DNA of 64,000 bases, taken from Balanoglossus misakiensis (lineage: Eukaryota > Animalia > Hemichordata). The DNA is taken from contig CM082597.2 of NCBI GenBank assembly GCA_040954595.2, positions 10,137,778 through 10,201,777 of the forward strand. Reading direction: 5' to 3'. Below the pieces are notes generated by a model. It worked only from the letters and a program-made list of their open reading frames with translations, did not search any database and was not told the origin of the DNA. Numbering within the stretch: position 1 is the first letter of the stretch; each line of letters starts with the position of its first letter. A program made the position numbers and the translations under genes. Positions 22,804 to 36,100 of the stretch are shown one piece after another.

Positions 22804-25800
22804 CATAAAATGATAAAGTTGCCGCAAAGGTATACAGTCACCTATAATTTACATACGCCCATATATGGCTGAAATGGCGTATTTGAGCGTTCTAAAGGAC
22901 ATATGGCGGCGCTCTTTTTTTCGCGTGTGCCACCCACTGAAAATCTGTGATTGGCTAGATCTCAAGTTTACCATGGTAACTGTAGTTAAATTACCATAGG
23001 TGACAATATACCTTAACATATCATATTTCTTCTGGGAAGTGTAATTGTTTTAAGATCAAATATTACATGTACATACCAATTGTATGCCTCTCAGATATTG
23101 TCTTTCCGTTGATGCACTCACTTTGTGCTCACCAATACTGAATAGCTGTAAATATAATCAAAGGAGAAGAAATCACTCACTCATTAGCAATGATACTGCA
23201 AAAGTGGAAGTGACTGATTTTGAGTCTGAAGTTGGAAAAGAGTCCCAGTACAGTGTAGAGAGGTTTCCAGATTAGGTAGATTTTGCTGTCCAACCATTTT
23301 CACACAACGGCCATAAAACTTAAAGAAGAACTATTAAATTACCCAGCCTGATAAGTTTTGTGGTGTTTGGAAAGTCGTCCATGTCTGATGACACAAGATC
23401 AGCTTTTGATTGTAACATGAGACATGATCAGTTGTGTTTTGGTTCAAAAGAACATGACCTGGTTTAAGAAGCCTTGCAACTTCAGGTGACTACAGAAGGA
23501 GCTATACTGTGCCCATTGGCCTTGATTTGACTGAGAAACCATGATTTACTGAAAAGCCACTTGGAAAAGGGTCCACTTTATTTCTAAACCAAACTTACCT
23601 TCAGGAAGATCATCTTGGCTGACTCTTGACTATCTACAGTGACTTTTCTTGCATCCATCTTGGCTGCAACATCTTTCTTTTCATCCACCTGCATTGCCTC
23701 ACTTTTCTCCTCTTTTTTTTCCTCATCTGCAAATAAAAATTGTGTTATGTCCAGGAAATATTATTTACTTTCTGAGAAGAAACTGGAATATCTAGCTTTG
23801 CAAATCAGTTAGTGAAATAAGAGAACGCAAACAATTAATTGTCATGAAATAGTCACCTCTGTTAATATCGCGAAAAATTTCCCATCACAAAAATTACCAA
23901 GATTACAGTAACCTAAAAATATAAAATCCTAATAATGTCCAAAGTTGAAGAATTCTATATGTATGACTTAACTTTTGAGACACTATTTCACAACACAAAT
24001 ACTAGTACCTTTGTTCTCTTTATCCAGGAATGAATTTTTTTCCACCTTCTGCTCCTCTCATCTGTTGAACTTCCACTAACTGAGCCATGTATCCTTTGTC
24101 AACCACATCCTGTTCCATACTGTACAGATCTTGTCTGCAGGCCATGTCGAGATGCTGCAGTAGTTTGCTGTGAAAAGAAACAGAAGTGTTACATGTGTAT
24201 GTGTGTTACAGGGCCAGATCACGGCACATCATGACAAAATCTTTGTGAATATGGTGCTAGCATCATGTTTATAGCAGATCATGTGTATTCATACTTGTGG
24301 GCCAAATGACCTTAATATGTGGTTTGTTGTATGACTTAATTATAACACACACACCCAGTTTTTTTAATAGTCCTGCTTGAAAGATCACAGAGTGTCTTTG
24401 GCTACTGAAAAGCACCACCACAATGAGAGATAACTCACAACACCGAAGAGTAAATCTCTAAAGTTGTAATTTAAACCAAGTATGGAAATTGGGATGTACG
24501 GTAGCTTTGATGAGGAATAATTCTAGAGTTACAACATACCTCATGCTGTTGACTGGTATACCAAAGGACTGCACAAACAAGACCAACTGAGCTGGTTCCA
24601 AGTCTTCCAGGGCTGAAAAAAATGACAAATTCAGGATGAAAACAACAAAAGTTTGGTGAGAAAAGATCCCAAGTTGAATTGACACACAGATTGGCAGATA
24701 TTTCCACGAAATATCACATGTAAATGGTGCAACAACAGATTAACCGATCAGGCCATGACAAATACTGCACCTCTTCACAAAAACTGCTGGGTTGCAATTT
24801 ATAGCATAAAATTACTGTAAAACAGGAAATTTTTGTGATATCACAAGAGAGCTGACTATTCCATTGCTCACATTGTTTCTTTGCGACCATTTATTTTCAC
24901 GTTTTTTGGCTCTCACGAAATTCGCAAAAATTTCCCCTTTTACAATAGTATGGTTGGATCTATACAATGTATACATTGAATGGGGATGAACACTGGACAG
25001 TGGAGCATTCTATATTAAAATTTGGGAAAACATTGAAGCCATATTAAGGTCATACTTGATTAAGCTGAAAGTCGGCACAGAATAAATTTGAAATTCAATT
25101 GGCTACAAAAATTGACTTTTCTGCCATTCTGAGATCTCCATGCTGAGCTCAATTATGTTGCTGCTTCATATAGTGGTCAGCAATAAAAACTTACTACTGT
25201 TACAGTGGTTATACATGTAACTCTTATTAAATGTTTTTTTTTCTTGTTTTATCATGAAATCTGACAATATCACGAAATCTGACTGTGGGTGGCACGACAG
25301 AATAAAACTGGTTTTCGTCTCAACTTTTGTACATGTAGTGACACAATGAAAGAATGACAGAGAAACTGCTAACAGACAGATTATTATATATTTTTTTACC
25401 TTTTCATGTCACTTTTATAAAACACTGCATGGCAACAAATGTGAACCATGAACAATTTGCAAGACAATGAACTAGAAGTTGAACGAGATTTGAAGACCTG
25501 CTCTGGAAGTAATTGATTGACACTCACCCATGAGTAAGATTCCGCATGGGGCTGTGTGGCTTTCTTCAAGTAATTGTAGAATATATGTAACATGGATGTC
25601 AGTGTACATAGTGTTGGTCTGGTCGGCACTGGTGTCTCTACACAGCATGGAGCTGAGTATGGTGGGCCTTTCTACAATCAACTGAGCTAAATGTGACAAT
25701 GTGTAATTAAAGAGAAATATACAGTCAGTGGAGTAAAGGGTATAACACAATCATACTGATGGAATTCTCACTACCTGAAATAGGTTTTTGCTACCTAGGT

Positions 25801-28800
25801 GAGTGATGAATAAAGGTCTAATGTCCTCTCTGATATAACATACTAGTGTATGGTAAATGTCTTTCAGAGATCTACACATTAAAGGGACAAACTCTCTACA
25901 GTTAATTCATTTTGGGGAGATTTTTACTCTCATATCCTACAAACGGGATGGAAGTTGTGTGTGGTCGAACATTGATTCACTATATATCCACATGTAGAAT
26001 AACATAAATGGTGTCTTGTATCAAACATAATGTATGGAAAAAGGGCAGCGAGAGAGAGACTTTGTCCCTTTAAATATCATAGCTGGCATACAGTTATAAA
26101 TATGCATTTTTTGATTTATGTCTTGCAAGTACAAAACTGTTCTTTATTAAAAAGAAATACAGACAAGGTGATCCCAGGAACATAAAACCCAAAACTCAAA
26201 GCTACCAGACAGATGAGTCTTGAGATAAACTTGGACTTACTTGTCAATCAATCTGGACTGCTCTTGTAACAACAACTCACTCAATGCTTCACTGGTGCTG
26301 GATGATTTTGTTGGCACTTGCATAGCAACAGATAAGGCTTTATTCAGAAACTCTTCTAGTTGGCTGGAATTGGCGCCTGTCAGCTGGTGATACACTGCAT
26401 ATGGTGCAAAGTCAAACAAAATTCACCCAATCATAAAATGTATCATTAACATGATCATACCATAAAAAATGTGAATGAATTACAATTATAGCGTGCGCAT
26501 ATTGAATCATACGAAATCACACCAAATAACGCGAGACTTAGAAATAACATTACATGTGTATGGTGCCACTTAAACGACACCATTTATTCTTTTTGAGCCT
26601 AAATCATGTTTAACCACTACTAGACAACCACAATGACCTTGTGAGAATGAAACCCACCAATAAATACATGTAGATAATCTGAAGCTATCACAGAAACAGA
26701 ATGTCTTTGACAAAGTATTGCAAAGCCTTCAGTTGACCGCGAAAAAGTTGACGAAGCATGCATGTGGAAAGTGGAGTGTTGACAACAATGTGAATATATG
26801 CACGATAGCTTGCTGCGCTCGCACTCAGGTCAAACCTGTTACATATTACCAAAAATGTGGATCTATATAATTAACATTGGGTCCGTTCCTTCTTATCCCA
26901 CTCGTGTTTCTGTTTGTTTGGTGAGAATATCTAATAGGTTAGCCCCTTTCACTCCCAGTTCCTTCTTTAGAGGTCCAACCTTACCATAGAAAACGATGGG
27001 TTTGGACTGGAACATGGCGGTGAAAGGGTTCAGGTGCTTGAGGGAGTGTTAAAAATGCAGACTTTACCTTTCTATAACATGTCTCTATCTACAGCCATCC
27101 GTCCCTCAGTGACGGCTTCAATGATTTCACTCACTTCATCCAAGTTGCCACCACTGGCTTTGATGGGACTTTTCTCACTGCTCAGGGATTTCGCTGGAAG
27201 GAAGGACGTAAGACTGGAATTAAGGCATACGTCCCTACATAAAGGGAGGACATTTGGACATGATACCACAAATGGTTAATGGAGTTTCTGGGAAGGTTTT
27301 CAAATTCCAGGAATTTCCAGGAGTGTACGAATCCAGTTAAGAATTCTTTATGTCATGTGATCTGGCCATGTGACCTGCAGCATTGTCATTTCCAGGTGAC
27401 GGCAAACAACATAGTGGCATCCAGTAAAAGTTTTCCACGTATGTAAGTACTTAAGAACCGCCAGACATGTAACATGTATCAGGTATAGTACCTCATCAGC
27501 CTCATGGCATTTTGTCTGCACAGTCTTTGTCTGCACCACGTTGCTGAAGTTGCCTGTCATCTGGAAAATTGAATGCCAACGTATTTGCGCTTGAGCGCGT
27601 CTGGCGTCTTTTGATATCAAAGAATAAATGCATTGTACAAACTTGAAAGTATGTAGAATTTTTCTATTTATCCTGTGTGATATAGTGAAAACGCTCAAGT
27701 TACAGTTTGTGTATGGTTTTGAGAATTATTTCACTGCTTGAGGTAAGTGAAATAAACAGCTCACCTTGTTGTCTGTTGACTTTTTCATACTGGTTGAGAA
27801 GTTTTGTAAACACACTGTTTTCAGACTTTGATGAACTCAAAATTGCAGACACTAGCTGGACAAATCTCATCATATCTTCCTTCTTTTCAAGATGTTTCTA
27901 AATGATATAAAGGAGTGAGAATTGTGCATGATTATGTCAGTTTTGAACTTTCATGTCTGTTTTGGACTGAGAGCTGTTGAATGAGAGAGAGAGAGGGAGA
28001 GAGAGATCGCGCTCGAACAATCAGGGGGTCACGCAGACGTAATCTTTTCATTGGCGTGATACTGATATCACGACGTAACTTGCAATTCCCATGAGTGCGA
28101 CTGTACGTACGTAAACTGTATCAAATTCAACTCATTCACGTCATATGAGAGGAGGTATACCGTGCGAATGCGAGCGCTGGGGGAACCGGGTACCGCCTAC
28201 TTGAAATGGACCTCTTCCCTTAGTGAAGTCAAATAATCATAATTATCTATCATGTAAGAAGTCAAAAATGTAAGAGAATGTTTTAATAAATATGTCAACT
28301 TATTATTTATATTCCCCTGTATATATTCCCCTGTAAATGTCTCATAATTTGAGGAATAATATTTTGGAAGCTGAACGGAAGTTGCAACTCAAATCAAATT
28401 TCAACTTCTCCAATATATGGAATATAACACTATAAGCCTACTGACTTGAGAAACTCAAATTGAATTTCAAATTCTCGAACAAACGAAAATATGTTTGAAT
28501 GTAAGTAATCTTACTATAAAATTGACATGCAATTACCTGTCGTTGGTGAAGCAAACTGAACAATGGACATGACAAATGATGTTTTCTGTGTAGATTATAA
28601 ATAAACTGACTCTCATCACTTGATGTTAGGATTTCTTGCATTGCCAGAATGATGTGATCACCAGAATTCTCTGATGAATCAAACAATTTCAGCCTGGAGA
28701 TTTCCCTGGACAGTGTCTGTGTGAGAAATGATGGCAAAATATTAATATCATTTATTAGGAAACCTGGCCAGTCACTGAGAAATCTGTCGGCCTTTACAAA

Positions 28801-28826
28801 GTATAGTTCATAATCTTCTCATAAAA

Positions 28827-30124
28827 CAGGTATATACGGGTGTCTCAAAACACATTGTGCGACAAGAAAGTGCTAGTCGCACTTTGAGGGAAATGCTATC
28901 TGCGACCACTAGCACTTTGATTCTGCGACCACTAGCACTTTGATTCTGCGACCACTGGTACTTGCATTGTGCGCTGTGATCATTTGCGACCAACAAGCTT
29001 GAATAAAAACCAGTTTCAAAAAGCACAGTCGTATCGATCGAGGGGTTTTGAAAGTATCGCGACATTCAACTTTCTTTCAAGATGATAACTTGATATGTTG
29101 TACTCGTGTCATGTACAAAATACACGATCCACGTAATTTCCGTTTGGTTAAATACTGACCTTTCATTTCTACTAGATCATATCCAAGTCTGATTTTACAC
29201 CGACTTAAATAAGAACTCTGGTTTGTCGATTTTTGTAGCTGAGTAAAACTAGCTATTAAACGAGCGCGAAATGCGCATTTGCGATGCGATGACAACACAA
29301 TCGCCATTTTTGAATGACCTGACCTTTGACATCGTAGAATATGGTCAAGGTCGCGCTGCACTCATCAGATGAATCGCTCGATGAATCTGACTACTTGCTT
29401 CCATGATCGGTATACTTGCCTTTAGCGGTTTTATGTCTAAATAAAGGTAATATTTTTATGTTGAAAAACGACTGTGTGTATTTCTGTAGCATGAGTGCAG
29501 TTAAGTGTTGTGCGCGCCCACATGAACCCGTGACCTTTGCGTGTTAAAAATAGGACTTCAAGATGCCGATACGATCGAGTACAGTACTTACGTTAATAAA
29601 CTTTTTCCTTTATTCTGTCTATATAAATAATGTTTTATCAACGTTTTCTCATTGCATTGATGTTTTAGTCTGAGAGCAATACGCAGCTAGTTTTTTCATG
29701 TACAGTTGTGGTTGCATGTTTGTACAAACAGTACGGAAAGGCGACGCAACGGCCGGGGCATTTGCTTTGTTAACTCGATCAATGACTGCCGCACTTATCA
29801 ACGTGACGAACTTGGGATCGGCCGGGAAAGCATCGGGCATTGACGTTGCCTTGTCGAATCGTTCACACCTCGTTACTGTCAATGGGGTATTAATTGCGCA
29901 CATAAGTTACACAACCAATAAAAAATCTTGTAGCAGAATGCAAGTGCTAGTGGTCGCAGAATCAAAGTGCTAGTGGTCGCAGAATGCAAGTGCTAGTGGT
30001 CGCAGAATCAAAGTGCTAGTGGTCGCAGAATCAAAGTGCTAGTGGTCGCAGATAGCATTTCCCTCAAAGTGCGACTAGCACTTTCTTGTCGCACAATGTG
30101 TTTTGAGACACCCATACATAACTC
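28827..30124. mobile_element. Second copy of the 1298-bp element, at the same site in the next unit
   Basis: Offset 7321 from the first copy, same TSD, nearly identical. Confidence 0.9.
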
Positions 30125-33100
30125 CATAAAATGATAAAGTTGCCGCAAAGGTATACAGTCACCTATAATTTACATACGCCCATATATGGCTGAAATGGCG
30201 TATTTGAGCGTTCTAAAGGACATATGGCGGCGCTCTTTTTTTCGCGTGTGCCACCCACTGAAAATCTGTGATTGGCTAGATCTCAAGTTTACCATGGTAA
30301 CTGTAGTTAAATTACCATAGGTGACAATATACCTTAACATATCATATTTCTTCTGGGAAGTGTAATTGTTTTAAGATCAAATATTACATGTACATACCAA
30401 TTGTATGCCTCTCAGATATTGTCTTTCCGTTGATGCACTCACTTTGTGCTCACCAATACTGAATAGCTGTAAATATAATCAAAGGAGAAGAAATCACTCA
30501 CTCATTAGCAATGATACTGCAAAAGTGGAAGTGACTGATTTTGAGTCTGAAGTTGGAAAAGAGTCCCAGTACAGTGTAGAGAGGTTTCCAGATTAGGTAG
30601 ATTTTGCTGTCCAACCATTTTCACACAACGGCCATAAAACTTAAAGAAGAACTATTAAATTACCCAGCCTGATAAGTTTTGTGGTGTTTGGAAAGTCGTC
30701 CATGTCTGATGACACAAGATCAGCTTTTGATTGTAACATGAGACATGATCAGTTGTGTTTTGGTTCAAAAGAACATGACCTGGTTTAAGAAGCCTTGCAA
30801 CTTCAGGTGACTACAGAAGGAGCTATACTGTGCCCATTGGCCTTGATTTGACTGAGAAACCATGATTTACTGAAAAGCCACTTGGAAAAGGGTCCACTTT
30901 ATTTCTAAACCAAACTTACCTTCAGGAAGATCATCTTGGCTGACTCTTGACTATCTACAGTGACTTTTCTTGCATCCATCTTGGCTGCAACATCTTTCTT
31001 TTCATCCACCTGCATTGCCTCACTTTTCTCCTCTTTCTGTTCCTCATCTGCAAATAAAAATTGTGTTATGTCCAGGAAATATTATTTACTTTCTGAGAAG
31101 AAACTGGAATATCTAGCTTTGCAAATCAGTTAGTGAAATAAGAGAACGCAAACAATTAATTGTCATGAAATAGTCACCTCTGTTAATATCGCGAAAAATT
31201 TCCCATCACAAAAATTACCAAGATTACAGTAACCTAAAAATATAAAATCCTAATAATGTCCAAAGTTGAAGAATTCTATATGTATGACTTAACTTTTGAG
31301 ACACTATTTCACAACACAAATACTAGTACCTTTGTTCTCTTTATCCAGGAATGAATTTTTTTCCACCTTCTGCTCCTCTCATCTGTTGAACTTCCACTAA
31401 CTGAGCCATGTATCCTTTGTCAACCACATCCTGTTCCATACTGTACAGATCTTGTCTGCAGGCCATGTCGAGATGCTGCAGTAGTTTGCTGTGAAAAGAA
31501 ACAGAAGTGTTACATGTGTATGTGTGTTACAGGGCCAGATCACGGCACATCATGACAAAATCTTTGTGAATATGGTGCTAGCATCATGTTTATAGCAGAT
31601 CATGTGTATTCATACTTGTGGGCCAAATGACCTTAATATGTGGTTTGTTGTATGACTTAATTATAACACACACACCCAGTTTTTTTAATAGTCCTGCTTG
31701 AAAGATCACAGAGTGTCTTTGGCTACTGAAAAGCACCACCACAATGAGAGATAACTCACAACACCGAAGAGTAAATCTCTAAAGTTGTAATTTAAACCAA
31801 GTATGGAAATTGGGATGTACGGTAGCTTTGATGAGGAATAATTCTAGAGTTACAACATACCTCATGCTGTTGACTGGTATACCAAAGGACTGCACAAACA
31901 AGACCAACTGAGCTGGTTCCAAGTCTTCCAGGGCTGAAAAAAATGACAAATTCAGGATGAAAACAACAAAAGTTTGGTGAGAAAAGATCCCAAGTTGAAT
32001 TGACACACAGATTGGCAGATATTTCCACGAAATATCACATGTAAATGGTGCAACAACAGATTAACCGATCAGGCCATGACAAATACTGCACCTCTTCACA
32101 AAAACTGCTGGGTTGCAATTTATAGCATAAAATTACTGTAAAACAGGAAATTTTTGTGATATCACAAGAGAGCTGACTATTCCATTGCTCACATTGTTTC
32201 TTTGCGACCATTTATTTTCACGTTTTTTGGCTCTCACGAAATTCGCAAAAATTTCCCCTTTTACAATAGTATGGTTGGATCTATACAATGTATACATTGA
32301 ATGGGGATGAACACTGGACAGTGGAGCATTCTATATTAAAATTTGGGAAAACATTGAAGCCATATTAAGGTCATACTTGATTAAGCTGAAAGTCGGCACA
32401 GAATAAATTTGAAATTCAATTGGCTACAAAAATTGACTTTTCTGCCATTCTGAGATCTCCATGCTGAGCTCAATTATGTTGCTGCTTCATATAGTGGTCA
32501 GCAATAAAAACTTACTACTGTTACAGTGGTTATACATGTAACTCTTATTAAATGTTTTTTTTTCTTGTTTTATCATGAAATCTGACAATATCACGAAATC
32601 TGACTGTGGGTGGCACGACAGAATAAAACTGGTTTTCGTCTCAACTTTTGTACATGTAGTGACACAATGAAAGAATGACAGAGAAACTGCTAACAGACAG
32701 ATTATTATATATTTTTTTACCTTTTCATGTCACTTTTATAAAACACTGCATGGCAACAAATGTGAACCATGAACAATTTGCAAGACAATGAACTAGAAGT
32801 TGAACGAGATTTGAAGACCTGCTCTGGAAGTAATTGATTGACACTCACCCATGAGTAAGATTCCGCATGGGGCTGTGTGGCTTTCTTCAAGTAATTGTAG
32901 AATATATGTAACATGGATGTCAGTGTACATAGTGTTGGTCTGGTCGGCACTGGTGTCTCTACACAGCATGGAGCTGAGTATGGTGGGCCTTTCTACAATC
33001 AACTGAGCTAAATGTGACAATGTGTAATTAAAGAGAAATATACAGTCAGTGGAGTAAAGGGTATAACACAATCATACTGATGGAATTCTCACTACCTGAA

Positions 33101-36100
33101 ATAGGTTTTTGCTACCTAGGTGAGTGATGAATAAAGGTCTAATGTCCTCTCTGATATAACATACTAGTGTATGGTAAATGTCTTTCAGAGATCTACACAT
33201 TAAAGGGACAAACTCTCTACAGTTAATTCATTTTGGGGAGATTTTTACTCTCATATCCTACAAACGGGATGGAAGTTGTGTGTGGTCGAACATTGATTCA
33301 CTATATATCCACATGTAGAATAACATAAATGGTGTCTTGTATCAAACATAATGTATGGAAAAAGGGCAGCGAGAGAGAGACTTTGTCCCTTGCATTTTTT
33401 GATTTATGTCTTGCAAGTACAAAACTGTTCTTTATTAAAAAGAAATACAGACAAGGTGATCCCAGGAACATAAAACCCAAAACTCAAAGCTACCAGACAG
33501 ATGAGTCTTGAGATAAACTTGGACTTACTTGTCAATCAATCTGGACTGCTCTTGTAACAACAACTCACTCAATGCTTCACTGGTGCTGGATGATTTTGTT
33601 GGCACTTGCATAGCAACAGATAAGGCTTTATTCAGAAACTCTTCTAGTTGGCTGGAATTGGCGCCTGTCAGCTGGTGATACACTGCATATGGTGCAAAGT
33701 CAAACAAAATTCACCCAATCATAAAATGTATCATTAACATGATCATACCATAAAAAATGTGAATGAATTACAATTATAGCGTGCGCATATTGAATCATAC
33801 GAAATCACACCAAATAACGCGAGACTTAGAAATAACATTACATGTGTATGGTGCCACTTAAACGACACCATTTATTCTTTTTGAGCCTAAATCATGTTTA
33901 ACCACTACTAGACAACCACAATGACCTTGTGAGAATGAAACCCACCAATAAATACATGTAGATAATCTGAAGCTATCACAGAAACAGAATGTCTTTGACA
34001 AAGTATTGCAAAGCCTTCAGTTGACCGCGAAAAAGTTGACGAAGCATGCATGTGGAAAGTGGAGTGTTGACAACAATGTGAATATATGCACGATAGCTTG
34101 CTGCGCTCGCACTCAGGTCAAACCTGTTACATATTACCAAAAATGTGGATCTATATAATTAACATTGGGTCCGTTCCTTCTTATCCCACTCGTGTTTCTG
34201 TTTGTTTGGTGAGAATATCTAATAGGTTAGCCCCTTTCACTCCCAGTTCCTTCTTTAGAGGTCCAACCTTACCATAGAAAACGATGGGTTTGGACTGGAA
34301 CATGGCGGTGAAAGGGTTCAGGTGCTTGAGGGAGTGTTAAAAATGCAGACTTTACCTTTCTATAACATGTCTCTATCTACAGCCATCCGTCCCTCAGTGA
34401 CGGCTTCAATGATTTCACTCACTTCATCCAAGTTGCCACCACTGGCTTTGATGGGACTTTTCTCACTGCTCAGGGATTTCGCTGGAAGGAAGGACGTAAG
34501 ACTGGAATTAAGGCATACGTCCCTACATAAAGGGAGGACATTTGGACATGATACCACAAATGGTTAATGGAGTTTCTGGGAAGGTTTTCAAATTCCAGGA
34601 ATTTCCAGGAGTGTACGAATCCAGTTAAGAATTCTTTATGTCATGTGATCTGGCCATGTGACCTCCAGCATTGTCATTTCCAGGTGACGGCAAACAACAT
34701 AGTGGCATCCAGTAAAAGTTTTCCACGTATGTAAGTACTTAAGAACCGCCAGACATGTAACATGTATCAGGTATAGTACCTCATCAGCCTCATGGCATTT
34801 TGTCTGCACAGTCTTTGTCTGCACCACGTTGCTGAAGTTGCCTGTCATCTGGAAAATTGAATGCCAACGTATTTGCGCTTGAGCGCGTCTGGCGTCTTTT
34901 GATATCAAAGAATAAATGCATTGTACAAACTTGAAACTATGTAGAATTTTTCTATTTATCCTGTGTGATATAGTGAAAACGCTCAAGTTACAGTTTGTGT
35001 ATGGTTTTGAGAATTATTTCACTGCTTGAGGTAAGTGAAATAAACAGCTCACCTTGTTGTCTGTTGACTTTTTCATACTGGTTGAGAAGTTTTGTAAACA
35101 CACTGTTTTCAGACTTTGATGAACTCAAAATTGCAGACACTAGCTGGACAAATCTCATCATATCTTCCTTCTTTTCAAGATGTTTCTAAATGATATAAAG
35201 GAGTGAGAATTGTGCATGATTATGTCAGTTTTGAACTTTCATGTCTGTTTTGGACTGAGAGCTGTTGAATGAGAGAGAGAGAGGGAGAGAGAGATCGCGC
35301 TCGAACAATCAGGGGGTCACGCAGACGTAATCTTTTCATTGGCGTGATACTGATATCACGACGTAACTTGCAATTCCCATGAGTGCGACTGTACGTACGT
35401 AAACTGTATCAAATTCAACTCATTCACGTCATATGAGAGGAGGTATACCGTGCGAATGCGAGCGCTGGGGGAACCGGGTACCGCCTACTTGAAATGGACC
35501 TCTTCCCTTAGTGAAGTCAAATAATCATAATTATCTATCATGTAAGAAGTCAAAAATGTAAGAGAATGTTTTAATAAATATGTCAACTTATTATTTATAT
35601 TCCCCTGTATATATTCCCCTGTAAATGTCTCATAATTTGAGGAATAATATTTTGGAAGCTGAACGGAAGTTGCAACTCAAATCAAATTTCAACTTCTCCA
35701 ATATATGGAATATAACACTATAAGCCTACTGACTTGAGAAACTCAAATTGAATTTCAAATTCTCGAACAAACGAAAATATGTTTGAATGTAAGTAATCTT
35801 ACTATAAAATTGACATGCAATTACCTGTCGTTGGTGAAGCAAACTGAACAATGGACATGACAAATGATGTTTTCTGTGTAGATTATAAATAAACTGACTC
35901 TCATCACTTGATGTTAGGATTTCTTGCATTGCCAGAATGATGTGATCACCAGAATTCTCTGATGAATCAAACAATTTCAGCCTGGAGATTTCCCTGGACA
36001 GTGTCTGTGTGAGAAATGATGGCAAAATATTAATATCATTTATTAGGAAACCTGGCCAGTCACTGAGAAATCTGTCGGCCTTTACAAAGTATAGTTCATA

